Source: a virus. From it: a stretch of 64,000 nt of DNA. The notes below the pieces were generated by a model. That model did no database searches. It saw only the letters and a list, made by a program, of their open reading frames with translations, and was not told the origin of the DNA. Below, piece by piece: positions 54,320-64,000 of the stretch. The DNA lies in IMG/VR virus record IMGVR_UViG_3300037010_002844, positions 64,001-128,000 of that record; one strand, given 5' to 3'. Each line of letters opens with the position of its first letter. The first letter of the stretch is position 1. Position numbers and translations under genes: made by a program.

Positions 54320-54580
54320 TCACTTCCGGCGCTTTTTGCCGGCGTTCTTCCTGCGACCCATGGCGTCAGGGTTCGCACCCAGCGGCGCGGTGTACCCAGC
54401 GACGGCTCCAACACCCGAAAACTCATTGACGTCTTCAACCTCATCACGCTTCTTTCCGTCTTCCGATCCCGTGTCCGGTTCAATGAGCTGGTTTGGAACG
54501 CGAGCATCCCTGGCCGACTCGAGGACCATCCTAACATACCGCACGAGCAATGTCTTGCCCATACTAATAAGTATGACCAC
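54320..54580 (-). CDS. small hypothetical protein (86 aa) with a basic C-terminal tail
   Basis: ORF between the SSB and HD genes; ...GRRKNAGKKRRK. Confidence 0.3.
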   Translation of the reverse strand: MVILISMGKTLLVRYVRMVLESARDARVPNQLIEPDTGSEDGKKRDEVEDVNEFSGVGAVAGYTAPLGANPDAMGRRKNAGKKRRK

Positions 54581-54621
54581 GAGCCGGATTTGTTGAACTC
54601 AGCGACGCAGCGGGTCACTTT

Positions 54622-55209
54622 TCAGGGAAAGCGACCCTTCTCCTGCATCGTCGAGACGTAGTCTGCGGTCATGACAACGTGAGCCAGCAACGGTTCCTTG
54701 AGGCAGTACTGTTTGTTCTCTTCGACGACCCAACCGTCGTTCAAGAGGATGGCCAGCGTCTCATCCCGCGTCAACTTCAGACCGTAGTGATTGCAGAGGA
54801 AGACGCCGCGATGAGGCACCGACATGTGATCGATCTCGCGGTTGTACGAATAGAGCTCACCGCGCTTCGCCTGCCAGTCTTCGGCAAGGACGTAGTAGTC
54901 CTTCTCATGGTCGCCGACCTTGCCCAGATCGTGGAAAAGGCAGCTGATGATGAGCGAGTCCTTCGGGACCGTCCACCCCATCGACTTCACATACGTCATG
55001 GCATTGCCAAGGACGCGCAACGAATGGTCCACCAACCCGCCCGGAAAGGCGTTGTGATAATCCTTCTTACCCGAGGCAGGACACAGTGCTAGGCGCTCAC
55101 CCAGGCCGTCAACCAAGGCTAGGGCATCAGTGGAGCGCGGGCCGAGCTTTTCGCACAATGCGCGGTACTTGTTGAAGCTCTTCTCAATCTCTTCTGCTGT
55201 CAGCGACAT
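54622..55209 (-). CDS. HD-domain phosphohydrolase
   Basis: YHNAFPGGLVDHSLRV...ISCLFHDLGK (H...HD...D). Confidence 0.7.
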   Translation of the reverse strand: MSLTAEEIEKSFNKYRALCEKLGPRSTDALALVDGLGERLALCPASGKKDYHNAFPGGLVDHSLRVLGNAMTYVKSMGWTVPKDSLIISCLFHDLGKVGDHEKDYYVLAEDWQAKRGELYSYNREIDHMSVPHRGVFLCNHYGLKLTRDETLAILLNDGWVVEENKQYCLKEPLLAHVVMTADYVSTMQEKGRFP

Positions 55210-55231
55210 GTAAGAATCGTACCCTTCACGT

Positions 55232-56458
55232 TCACCGTGTACAAGTAATGAACTCGCACTTCAATGGAAAATAATTGACGTAGCCCGGAACTCGCACCTT
55301 GTCAATTGATTTGACGATGTCAATGCAATCAGGCGCCACATCGAGCAGTAGCGCATCGTGCAGCACAAAGATGGGCCTGACGCCGGGCAATCCCGAGAAC
55401 TGGTTGACGAGCTCTGAAAACCCGAGGAGGCTAACGTCAACACCGGTCGACTGGGCATACGTATTGATGAGGATGTGATCAAGCGGTTCCTCGATCAACA
55501 GCGACCTGCCATAGCGATTGGTGACGTGGCCTGTCTTGATGAACTCGTCCTTGACACGCTTCAACAGTTCCTTGGTACGAAAGAATCGCTTGACCTTGCC
55601 AACGAAGTCGTTGAGTTCCTTGCCTTCGATCCCGAGCACCTCACCCAATGAATGCTTGCCAGATCCGTAGAGCTCAGAGATAACGGCCTGCTTGATGGCG
55701 TTCCGTGAGGCGGTCCCAGCAAACAACTCACGGGAAATGAACGTGTACATGTCAGCGTCTTCGCAACGACCACCGGCCTCGTACAGCAGGACACGGGCCT
55801 CCAATGCCGCGAAGTCAACGTAGGCAATGGCACCACCTTCCTCGACGGGTACTACCATGTCGCGGAACTCTCGCTTCAAGCTAAGGATCGCGGGCCCGCT
55901 TGCGGTCGTCAAGCGCCCAGTGCGTGTTCCGAAGCGATCATAGTCAACGATGGTTGCCATGCCGTCGCTGTCAGGTTGAAAGCTCTCAATCACCTTAGCA
56001 TTGTTTCCCGCGGACGCCCGCAGCTCTAGGTACCGAGCCTTGTCAACACGTGCAGGTTGCAACGACCTGAGGACGGCCGATTGGGGAACCCACGTGTTCA
56101 CGTAATAATCTCGTGATAGGGTGTCCAAGGCAACAGTGGCCTCATTTATGAGGCTTTTTACGAGGCCGCGGTGTTCCCTTTCTGGCATCACCTGTGACCA
56201 CGGCGGCTGCACGTTAGAACCCGACATCAACAGGTTCATTGCATTGATGAATCTCTCGGGTGGTCGAGAGGAAATCTCCTTGCCCGCTAGACGCATCACA
56301 GTGTCCAGGCACCTGTCAGAACGCAGCTTCACCTGGCCCGACAGGTGCCAGACGCCCAAAGGCACATCGTCGACCCAGCGGTAACCCGTGTCGACGTACA
56401 GGTGACGTTCCGTGCCCATCAACCGCGAGTCAATGCAAAAAGGTTCTGTCACGAGCAA
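55232..56458 (-). CDS. family-A (Pol I-like) DNA polymerase, polymerase domain only (408 aa; no exonuclease domains)
   Basis: TGRLTTASGPAILSL (Pol I: TGRLSSSDPNLQNIP); AYVDFAALEARVLLY (motif A DYSQIELR); RNAIKQAVISELYGSG (motif B RRxAKxxNFGxIYG); IFVLHDALLLD (motif C VHDE). Confidence 0.55.
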   Translation of the reverse strand: MLVTEPFCIDSRLMGTERHLYVDTGYRWVDDVPLGVWHLSGQVKLRSDRCLDTVMRLAGKEISSRPPERFINAMNLLMSGSNVQPPWSQVMPEREHRGLVKSLINEATVALDTLSRDYYVNTWVPQSAVLRSLQPARVDKARYLELRASAGNNAKVIESFQPDSDGMATIVDYDRFGTRTGRLTTASGPAILSLKREFRDMVVPVEEGGAIAYVDFAALEARVLLYEAGGRCEDADMYTFISRELFAGTASRNAIKQAVISELYGSGKHSLGEVLGIEGKELNDFVGKVKRFFRTKELLKRVKDEFIKTGHVTNRYGRSLLIEEPLDHILINTYAQSTGVDVSLLGFSELVNQFSGLPGVRPIFVLHDALLLDVAPDCIDIVKSIDKVRVPGYVNYFPLKCEFITCTR

Positions 56459-56490
56459 ATCGTAACTCGCAAAAGGCCACGATTACACGG

Positions 56491-59400
56491 TCACTTATCG
56501 AGGACCAAGGGATGTGACTTAATCTTGTCAACGAGCTGCGGCGCGCCTTCATATTTGCCATAGGCATCATAGAAGGCCATTGTTAGGCTCGATTCGAACT
56601 TGCCCGGTGCCAGAGTGTGCGTCAAACCAGAGATGCCGTAGATGTTGTCCAACGTGGTGCCGGTGTTGAAGTCAATAAAGAACAGTTGCGAGTAGTTCAA
56701 CAACGGACAACCTATCGTCCGCAGCGTCAATGCTGCAGGAATCACCTTCAAAGGCAGTCCACCCATGCCGCCGCCCTGTGGAGTCGCCTGGACCTTCTTG
56801 CCCGAATTGAGGCCCAACAGCTGCGCTGCGGTCAGGTTAGCATCGTGCTTCGTCTGAACCGATGCATCGATGATTCCCGAGGCATTCATGCCATAGACGA
56901 GGCTGGGCACCATCTTGGAGACCAGGTGCTTGATGCTCTGGTTGCTAGAGACCTCAGTGACCTCGATCAGCTTCACGTGAATCGGGCTGTCATTTGAGTC
57001 GCTCGCTGTCGCAGTCTTAGATGCAATCTTGGTCTTCAGCGGTCCCGCCGTGGTGACCGTCTTCTCGTCATCCCCGTGGTATGCCTTAACCCAGGAATTT
57101 GCATCGACTTCATAGATCGACGAGGCAGAGCCCAAAGGCGTGTCGGCCCGCAGCAGCGCGCCGGCAGCGCGGTACGGGTTAACGGTCTTGTCATAGATGT
57201 GAACGCGGACGATCTTCTTGATCTTTGAGAAACCCGCTGAGCCCGGCTTTGACGGTGAACCCTCGTAGTAACGCAGTAGGTCAGTCGGCACGTCCTTGGT
57301 GGCATCACTAGATGACGCCTTGGCGTGCGTCGTCTCAATGTAGACCTCGATCTGTGGCATCTGAAATGCGCCGCGCTGGCCGTTGACCGACCAGATCAAC
57401 TGGTCGTACTGTGATGCCGTTGCATTGTCCTTGAATGCTGGATCGCGGCCTTTAGGATCCCAAGGTTTGAAGACCTGCGCTGACTTGAATCCATACCCGA
57501 TGGCGCGAGGATCCTGCAGCTGAGCGTCGATGGCCAACTTGACAAACTGTTCAATCGTCATCGTCGTGGTGCCACGGGATTCGATAACTTCCTTGTACTG
57601 TCGCAAAAAGACGGGAAGGTCGATTGGAAACTCGGCGATGCTGATGGCTGAGGCCGGACCGCACTTGTCGTTCAAGGTGTAGAACAACAGTTGAAATTCG
57701 TCGACGCTCTTGACGGTGAACAAGGCCGGGCCCATAAAGACGCTGAAGAGCTTGCCGAACGAGCAGTAGCCTTTCTTCAGGCCGTCCTTCTTCAGATCGT
57801 CGCTCAAGGGATCTGATTTCAGGTACGTCTCCATCTCCTTCAGCAGCGGATGCGAATCATCGGGTCCCGCCTCAGCCTTACGCTTGTCATCCTTGACCCT
57901 GAAAGGCAAGAATGGATCTGGCCCCCTCGACAGTTCCTCAAACTTCCGCGCTACGTATGAAGACGCAATGTTCTTGTACTGCTGCTGGTAATCAAAGACG
58001 TCCTTATTGGCACCGCCCGCTGAAGCGTACAGTTGCTTCAGCTTGGCGATCAATGGATCTGATGTACCTGCGCCAATCTTGCCTGAGTTTCGCAGTGCCG
58101 TCTCGAGCGCAGTGATCGCGTCCAACACCTCGTTGGGCTTCAGATTTGGAAATCCGCCTTGTTCAGCGGTATCGAGGACCATGAACCCGCGGATCTCCTT
58201 GTTGAGACCAGTAGGTGGATTGAGGTTGTAGGCACGGCGAAGTTCACCGATCTGTCGAGCAAGGTCCTCAATCTTCTGCGAGATCTGCTTGAAACCTTCC
58301 TCTGGATCATCAGTGACCTTGATGTCGCGCATCTCAGAGACTGACTTGGTGAACAACTCCAAGGTGATCGTCACTTGACCGACCTGGTCGAACGCAAAGC
58401 CTGCGTTCATGACGCCGTACGCCTCGCGGATCAACATGTTGTTGTTGATGAAGTCAGCGTACGTCTGCGTCGACTTTGTGTCAGATGCTGGCTCGTATGG
58501 ATGTCGCCAGCCGTACGTCAGCCACACTGTGGTGCGTGTGTAGGTCGTGGGCTGAATCAGGTCGGCCAACTCAGCTAGCCTAGAGCGATCGTGCAGCTTG
58601 ATGACCGCCGTGGCCTTCTTGTAGGACATGATGCCCACGGTGGGTGCCACGTTGATGGTGACGTTCTCCAGGGACGCAAAAGGCCGTGTTGGATCGATGA
58701 CGTCAACGTAGCGCTTGCCTTGCTTGGCGGTCACCGGGTCCATGTTGATCAACGTCTGAGGAGCTGTGAACAGTTCCATTCCCGCCGTCGACTTCATGCG
58801 CTGTGAGTCTTTGTCCTCGCCGACCGTCGTCCTAGCGCCGAACATTGCCGCGTTAGGCGTGTCAGCCTGTAGCTTGTCGCCGCCCAATAGGAACTTGAGC
58901 ATGCCAGCGGTGGTCAACGTCAAGGCCTTGTCGTCGCCTTTACTGATACCGCGGTCGAACTCAAACTCGAGCTCTAGGTACGGAACGCACCGCGAGATCA
59001 CCGTCGTCGGCAGGAAATTCAAGAACAGTTCGACCTTCTGCGCATCACGGGCCATTGGCGTGATGAAGGGCGACCGCGAGACGAAGATGCTCAAATCGCG
59101 ATCACCGCGAATCTTGTCGGGATCTTTAAATCCGACGATCTTGTCAACGCTGATGTCATCCTTGACCGTCTTACCGTCAGCGTCTTGATAGATGTACGGA
59201 TATGTCACGTCCGACAGCTTGCCAGCGCCTGCAGTCGTGTAAAAGTTGATCAACCGATTGAACAACTTAAGGTCTTCCGCACCCGTCGACTTGGTCGACA
59301 GTTCTTGCATTTTGGCCAACATCGTGGCAGCATCATAGACGCCACCATTGCCACCTTCGAGCATCAGCCTTTGCAGCTGACGTAGGACAGAATTACGGTT

Positions 59401-59499
59401 CGTGGCATCACTACCTAGACTGACCTTCTGCGCAGCCAACAGATCTGCGGGCTGCAGCATTTGAAAGATACTCTCGAGGCTACCAAAATCACCTGTCAT
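56491..59499 (-). CDS. large (1002-aa) putative virion/tail structural protein
   Basis: Long ORF adjacent to the Tail_X-like gene; no catalytic motifs. Confidence 0.45.
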   Translation of the reverse strand: MTGDFGSLESIFQMLQPADLLAAQKVSLGSDATNRNSVLRQLQRLMLEGGNGGVYDAATMLAKMQELSTKSTGAEDLKLFNRLINFYTTAGAGKLSDVTYPYIYQDADGKTVKDDISVDKIVGFKDPDKIRGDRDLSIFVSRSPFITPMARDAQKVELFLNFLPTTVISRCVPYLELEFEFDRGISKGDDKALTLTTAGMLKFLLGGDKLQADTPNAAMFGARTTVGEDKDSQRMKSTAGMELFTAPQTLINMDPVTAKQGKRYVDVIDPTRPFASLENVTINVAPTVGIMSYKKATAVIKLHDRSRLAELADLIQPTTYTRTTVWLTYGWRHPYEPASDTKSTQTYADFINNNMLIREAYGVMNAGFAFDQVGQVTITLELFTKSVSEMRDIKVTDDPEEGFKQISQKIEDLARQIGELRRAYNLNPPTGLNKEIRGFMVLDTAEQGGFPNLKPNEVLDAITALETALRNSGKIGAGTSDPLIAKLKQLYASAGGANKDVFDYQQQYKNIASSYVARKFEELSRGPDPFLPFRVKDDKRKAEAGPDDSHPLLKEMETYLKSDPLSDDLKKDGLKKGYCSFGKLFSVFMGPALFTVKSVDEFQLLFYTLNDKCGPASAISIAEFPIDLPVFLRQYKEVIESRGTTTMTIEQFVKLAIDAQLQDPRAIGYGFKSAQVFKPWDPKGRDPAFKDNATASQYDQLIWSVNGQRGAFQMPQIEVYIETTHAKASSSDATKDVPTDLLRYYEGSPSKPGSAGFSKIKKIVRVHIYDKTVNPYRAAGALLRADTPLGSASSIYEVDANSWVKAYHGDDEKTVTTAGPLKTKIASKTATASDSNDSPIHVKLIEVTEVSSNQSIKHLVSKMVPSLVYGMNASGIIDASVQTKHDANLTAAQLLGLNSGKKVQATPQGGGMGGLPLKVIPAALTLRTIGCPLLNYSQLFFIDFNTGTTLDNIYGISGLTHTLAPGKFESSLTMAFYDAYGKYEGAPQLVDKIKSHPLVLDK

Positions 59500-59502
59500 G
59501 CA

Positions 59503-59796
59503 TCACCCCGTGATTCCTACGACAGCGCCTAGATCCGGGATCCGGATGACGGTCCCAGCGGGAACCTGCATTCCCCAGCCAATGTCGCTGGCAGCAGCCA
59601 AGACCCACCAGTACCGTGAGTCGCCGTAGATAGTTCCGGCCAGCGTATCAAGTCGCTCGACACCGCGTAGCAACAGGGTCTTGGTCGGCACCGTGCCTGC
59701 CTTGATCGCAGCACGCAGGTTATTGATCGACTCAGTCGTACCGTACTGTCGACCAAAATCAAGGATGGGTGTGCGAGCGTATCGAGATGCTGCCAT
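59503..59796 (-). CDS. tail protein X-like (LysM-like fold, P2 gpX family)
   Basis: ...TLAGTIYGDSRYWWVLAAASDIGWGMQVPAGTVIRIPDL matches the Tail_X/LysM pattern (GDTLd.ia....G...........N.i......l..G..l.IP). Confidence 0.5.
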   Translation of the reverse strand: MAASRYARTPILDFGRQYGTTESINNLRAAIKAGTVPTKTLLLRGVERLDTLAGTIYGDSRYWWVLAAASDIGWGMQVPAGTVIRIPDLGAVVGITG

Positions 59797-59799
59797 GGC

Positions 59800-62700
59800 T
59801 CACTTCTTGTCGTCAGTATCAGTCGATGGAGCAAAGTAACCCACCGGATAAATGGGAGCCCGATTGTACCCCTGCGAATCGAGACCAGGCGAGATGTCGT
59901 GGATGGGCGTGAATGAGATGGTGACCTTGCACATCATCGGTGCCTTGTGACCAGGCCTGTCGTCCCAATTGACCTTGTCGTACCAGTCAAAGTTCATGGA
60001 ATCGATGAAACCCGCCAAGCCCCGGCCGCCTGCTGACTTGAACGACTTGACAAGTGCGTTCTTCTCAGGATCAAGGAAGTTGCTCAACGAATCGAGCGAT
60101 GTGACCTTGGCGCCTGAAGCCTGGTTGATTGCCTTCAATGTGCTCTGCGTCGGACGCAATTCCGAAGACTTGACGAGGAACTTCTGATTGATGATCTTGT
60201 TCAGAGGATCTTTGTCATTATTGTACAAATTTGTGATGGCCCGAGTAAGCGCGGCCTGTCGAGCAGGATCAGTGATTCCTTGCGAGTTGAAGAACGCAGC
60301 GTCGGGCATCTTGACCTGGACTGCTACAACATCTGCATCGTCTGTCGTTGAGACAACATTGACAGGAATCATGTCAGCATAGGCATCGACCTTCCACCGA
60401 GGGGCCGACGGCACCTGATTGCTAGGCAGCGGATTGCTCTTGCCTGCGTCGGACGCGGAATCGTAGATCTGACCCGGAGTCACGAACCAAGTCTTTTCTG
60501 ACGGCGTGGTTCGTGACTTGATGATCTCCGGCGGTACCTTAAACTGGTTACCTGCATCAAAGTCAAGGCCAGAACTATCACCGAACTGTGCCACCGAATC
60601 ACCACCCAACGTGGCTCCAAAGAGCCTGGCCAACGCGAATCGTGAGTAGTTGGTCGACAACAGGTTGCCCAGCCTCAATCGAACCAACGGTGATGCTGCA
60701 ATCATCTGGCTAAACGGTTGGGTGAAGGCGTAGTTGTTGTCCTTGTCTGACAACCAACGACCTTCGCTGTACTGTGGATAGATGAGAGTCGTCAGCTTGT
60801 TGATTTTGACCCACATGTCCTTGAAATCAGCCGGGCTCGTGGCGGCCACGTAGAAGCTGAGGCCGATCTTGCGGACGGTGCTCTTGTAGATCTTGACGGG
60901 CTCTACACGCCCGAAGCCATCAGATGATTCATAGTTGGCCGTGTAATCGTCAGACAATGACGACAGGAAGGCGTGGAAGGCAATAATCTCGTTGGTCCTC
61001 ACATCGTGAAAATAGAACGGGATGTACTCAGCATCGAGAGCACGTTCCATGTTCCGCAACGTGACATCGTTGTCGTTATCAGAGCCCTTGCCGACCGGGA
61101 TACGATTGCCGTTCTTCTTGCTGGCATCGTTCGACAACAGGTAGTACTGCGCTCGAGTGTCTGCGTCTTCTGAGGCAATGCCTGATTGGAAGCTACCCAA
61201 GTTATCAGTCGTGGCCTGCAGCGCTAGCGTGGCATTCGGCAGCAGGTACAACGCAGGTGCTCTGTTAGAGCTCCACGCCAGCTTGAGATTCTTGCCATCG
61301 CCCATTCGGTTCTTGCCGATGACATTTGACGGAACGTCATCGGGCAGCTTGTCGATGCTCGAGCGCCTGACGGGCTCACCCGGGGCGCTGATGTTGTCAA
61401 AGTCACTGTCGGTCAAGATCTTGTCGCCCAACGTTGAAAACACGTTCAAGGCTGAGACCAACTTTGAATGCCTCAACACATCGAGCATCGACAGCAGGTT
61501 CTTAACGCCAGACACCAGGTTGTTGCTCTGAAAGATCTTCTTGATTGACTCGATGATGCTAGAGATTGAACGGATGACAGCACGTGCAACGACAGAGTTG
61601 TAGCCCGGCGCAGACGTGATGGCTGTGGCATCGATCGTGACCAGGGCACCAGCGGTGCCATCACTAGAAATGCCAAAGAATGCCAGCGTCCCGACCTTGA
61701 GGCAGTCCGAAAACCTATGCAATGTGGGCCTGATTCCCAAGAGGGCGCCGATGTCCAACGGAAAGTTCGGTGGGAATGCATTGGGATCAGCCAGCTTAGC
61801 CTTTGTTGAAGATCCCAAGATGAAGCGACCGTCTCTCGTCTTCTTGTCTTCTGGCGTTCCTTTGATCAATGACAACAATGAGGCCAGGCCCTCGAACAGC
61901 AACTGAACTCCTGCTGTCAAGGCAGTCGACAGGGCGATCATGCCCAATGACGTGATTCCTGAGTAGGTATCGTATGTGTTGTTCATAGATCCCCACGAGC
62001 CATTGGCGATCGACACCAGGCCTTGGTCGGGAATCTCGTCAGCGCTGATGGTCCGGAGGACGTCTTGCGCCTCCAACATCGACAGGTCAATCTTGGTCGT
62101 TCCCAGTTGGTTGAATGACGGCAAGATCGCCTTGGCTTCCATGCCGCCGGAGCTGGGATTCAGACCTTCCTTTGCGGAGTTCAGCTCGCGGGATGCACGC
62201 ACCGACAAGGCAACGCCGACCTGTGCCATTCGTTTGGTCGAAAATCGACCAAACTTGGGTGAGTACAATGTCGGATTATCACTGGCCCCATAGGGAGCGT
62301 CAGACGTAAAGCGATTGTTGGCCAACACAGACTTGGTGTAGTTGCCGACCGTCGTGCCGTCGACTGACCCGTCGGGCACGTCGGGCAGCAAATGATTGCC
62401 GTCAATCGCATCGGGCGGCGAGCCCAACTCTTTGCCTTTCTTGAGCTTGACGATCGCCGGATCAGGCGCGGTGTACTTCTTATCGTCAGTTTGCGCGCCC
62501 GTCATCCATCCCTTCAAATTTGATGTGGATGAAGTGCCGCCGATGATGCTCTTGCCTTTCGTGAAGAAGGTAGAATTTTCGGTGGTGTGATCGGGCGCTG
62601 GAATAGCGGGCGTCTGATTGTTAGGCGCGGAAGTACTGGCATCAGATGCCGTGCCATCGACGGGGTAGTAGTTGATCTGCGTCTTCTTACCCAAGTAGTC

Positions 62701-62886
62701 TGCCAGCGTCTTCTTGGTGGTGTTGCTGAGGTCCTTCTTGGGCGGGTCGTTCTTGTCAACCGTCAAGTCGCCTTTGTCTGTCGTCAGCGGGTAACCAGGC
62801 GCAGGCGGTGCACTCGGGTCGCCAACATCGTAGGTGTACGACTGACCGTCAATGTCGAATCCAGGAGTGCCTGTGTTGGTGCCCAT
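59800..62886 (-). CDS. large (1028-aa) putative tail/baseplate structural protein
   Basis: Long ORF in the tail module; Gly/Thr/Pro-rich N-terminus. Confidence 0.45.
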   Translation of the reverse strand: MGTNTGTPGFDIDGQSYTYDVGDPSAPPAPGYPLTTDKGDLTVDKNDPPKKDLSNTTKKTLADYLGKKTQINYYPVDGTASDASTSAPNNQTPAIPAPDHTTENSTFFTKGKSIIGGTSSTSNLKGWMTGAQTDDKKYTAPDPAIVKLKKGKELGSPPDAIDGNHLLPDVPDGSVDGTTVGNYTKSVLANNRFTSDAPYGASDNPTLYSPKFGRFSTKRMAQVGVALSVRASRELNSAKEGLNPSSGGMEAKAILPSFNQLGTTKIDLSMLEAQDVLRTISADEIPDQGLVSIANGSWGSMNNTYDTYSGITSLGMIALSTALTAGVQLLFEGLASLLSLIKGTPEDKKTRDGRFILGSSTKAKLADPNAFPPNFPLDIGALLGIRPTLHRFSDCLKVGTLAFFGISSDGTAGALVTIDATAITSAPGYNSVVARAVIRSISSIIESIKKIFQSNNLVSGVKNLLSMLDVLRHSKLVSALNVFSTLGDKILTDSDFDNISAPGEPVRRSSIDKLPDDVPSNVIGKNRMGDGKNLKLAWSSNRAPALYLLPNATLALQATTDNLGSFQSGIASEDADTRAQYYLLSNDASKKNGNRIPVGKGSDNDNDVTLRNMERALDAEYIPFYFHDVRTNEIIAFHAFLSSLSDDYTANYESSDGFGRVEPVKIYKSTVRKIGLSFYVAATSPADFKDMWVKINKLTTLIYPQYSEGRWLSDKDNNYAFTQPFSQMIAASPLVRLRLGNLLSTNYSRFALARLFGATLGGDSVAQFGDSSGLDFDAGNQFKVPPEIIKSRTTPSEKTWFVTPGQIYDSASDAGKSNPLPSNQVPSAPRWKVDAYADMIPVNVVSTTDDADVVAVQVKMPDAAFFNSQGITDPARQAALTRAITNLYNNDKDPLNKIINQKFLVKSSELRPTQSTLKAINQASGAKVTSLDSLSNFLDPEKNALVKSFKSAGGRGLAGFIDSMNFDWYDKVNWDDRPGHKAPMMCKVTISFTPIHDISPGLDSQGYNRAPIYPVGYFAPSTDTDDKK

Positions 62887-62888
62887 CT

Positions 62889-63149
62889 CTACCCTGTGGA
62901 GCCCGAAGTCGCGCTCTCACTGTTAACTACTTCCCTGTCTCCGGTGAGACCCCTGATCAGTTCGGCACACGCCTCTGGGTCGGCTACGACTTTCTCGGCA
63001 AATTCGTCCATCTGCGAAATCAGGTTGACGAACAACGGTTCCAACATCGCCTGGATCTTCTTGCGATCCTCTTCAGTGCCCGCGAGGATCGCTCGCCGAT
63101 AGAGAGGATCGTTGACTAGCAAGTCTCGAATTTGCTGCTTCGTGCGCAT
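62889..63149 (-). CDS. small hypothetical protein (86 aa)
   Basis: ORF. Confidence 0.4.
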   Translation of the reverse strand: MRTKQQIRDLLVNDPLYRRAILAGTEEDRKKIQAMLEPLFVNLISQMDEFAEKVVADPEACAELIRGLTGDREVVNSESATSGSTG

Positions 63150-63192
63150 GGCAATATCCTACTCCACAATTCCCACGATTATTCGTGGGTCA

Positions 63193-64000
63193 TCACTTGG
63201 CCGTCACGGGAGTATACGTGTAACCCGTTGCTGTATCGGGCAGTGTGGTCGAAGCAGTCTTGTCGGGCGAGCCCGTCGCAAAGTTGATGCGGTCCCTGAT
63301 GACCGAGTCCTTACGCAGGACGATCGCTTTCTCAACGTCAGAAGCACTCATCTCGATCTTGACGGTCATGTTGATGACGACGTCTTTCGCCTTGATCTCG
63401 TAATTGAACTTGCCGCCCAAACCCATGCCGTTGGCTAGCGTCTTCAACTTGGCGTCCAACTTCAAATCCGGGAGCTTGCCCAAGGCATCATTCAGACTCT
63501 GGGCCTTAGTGACCATGTCGTTGATTGCAATCAACGCGGTGCCGATGCCGTCCTTCGTCATGCTCTTGGAGATGGCCTCAAGGTCGCTACCACTCTTCAG
63601 AATGTCTGTGAAGTTGCCAAAGGCCTTCTTGAGGTTCTCGAGGGCTGCCTTCTGACCAGCGATCTTGCCGATGATCGGATCAGCCAGTGAATCGGAGATC
63701 AACTTCAGTGGGGCGTCGCCTTGTCCGACGCCGCTCTTGGTGATCTTCTCGAAGAACCAACCAATTTCATTCATGATGAGTGCCATCTTGAAACCAATGC
63801 CGGCGATCTGCGTGCCGCCCGACACCAGTGAGTTGACGTCCTTGATGACCTTCATGACATCATTAATGAGGCCGAACAGCAACTTTAGGCTATCGATTTC
63901 CGACTTCTGTCCTGCCAATGTCTTGATGATGGGCAATCCCAAGACGTAAGAAATCAGCTCCATCGGCGCGATGCCGGCGCCGACGCCGCTCTTGAAGATC
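63193..64000 (-). CDS. tape-measure-like protein, C-terminal part; ORF is open past the window end; ~85-aa protein-level tandem repeats
   Basis: Repeat units ...KSGVGAGIAPMELISYVLGLPIIKTLAGQKSEIDSLKLLFGL... and ...KSGVGQGDAPLKLISDSLADPIIGKIAGQKAALENLKKAFGN...; the in-frame reading continues upstream of the first Met to position 64000. Confidence 0.5.
   Translation of the reverse strand, partial: IFKSGVGAGIAPMELISYVLGLPIIKTLAGQKSEIDSLKLLFGLINDVMKVIKDVNSLVSGGTQIAGIGFKMALIMNEIGWFFEKITKSGVGQGDAPLKLISDSLADPIIGKIAGQKAALENLKKAFGNFTDILKSGSDLEAISKSMTKDGIGTALIAINDMVTKAQSLNDALGKLPDLKLDAKLKTLANGMGLGGKFNYEIKAKDVVINMTVKIEMSASDVEKAIVLRKDSVIRDRINFATGSPDKTASTTLPDTATGYTYTPVTAK

Noticed and set aside
1-64000. 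tRNA or rRNA genes
   Set aside because: Intergenic spaces are mostly shorter than 100 nt. I could not recognise a cloverleaf with conserved T-loop/GTTC features by eye. A tRNAscan-SE run would be needed to be sure.

Overview
This window reads as a gene-dense slice of a large virulent phage genome (~55% GC), with almost every gene on the minus strand. It carries a T4-like nucleotide/replication/repair module fused to bacterial-type replication proteins, and it ends in a tail module.

The most striking feature is the replicative polymerase gene dnaE (Pol III alpha) at 10068-23762. It is fractured into eight separately encoded pieces (A-H). Six junctions carry split inteins (IntN/IntC halves readable from Hint-fold blocks A, B, F, G). 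One junction has no intact intein. Every junction but one carries a free-standing homing endonuclease (HE) gene or a decayed remnant. The HEs are of two kinds: a Vsr-like 'ECNGxYWH' nuclease joined to NUMOD3 repeats, and a mini PD-(D/E)XK nuclease with a zinc-ribbon array.

The second system of note is a candidate DNA hypermodification pathway. A partial dCMP hydroxymethylase (T4 gp42-like) sits at the window start. Nearby are a UDP-glucuronate decarboxylase (UXS), a GalE-like 4-epimerase and a large candidate transferase, consistent with pentosylated hydroxymethylcytosine.

Other features:
- A B12-type ribonucleotide reductase (NrdJ) with a 386-aa intein inserted at the catalytic 'NP|CGE' motif.
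- DnaB helicase, flap endonuclease, RecA, a gp32-like SSB and a minimal PolA-like polymerase domain.
- Nucleotide metabolism genes: ThyX, Tmk, dUTPase and a MazG-like pyrophosphohydrolase.
- A tRNA/RNA-repair trio: RNA ligase, polynucleotide kinase-phosphatase (Pnkp) and a nucleotidyltransferase.
- Two beta-class DNA methyltransferases, a Dps-like protein plus a small lipoprotein, an LD-carboxypeptidase and an HNH endonuclease.
- A tail region with a Tail_X/LysM-like protein and a tape-measure-like repeat protein.

Several small ORFs and HE genes carry single in-frame stops or frameshifts, i.e. genes in decay. No rRNA, tRNA or CRISPR array was recognised by eye.
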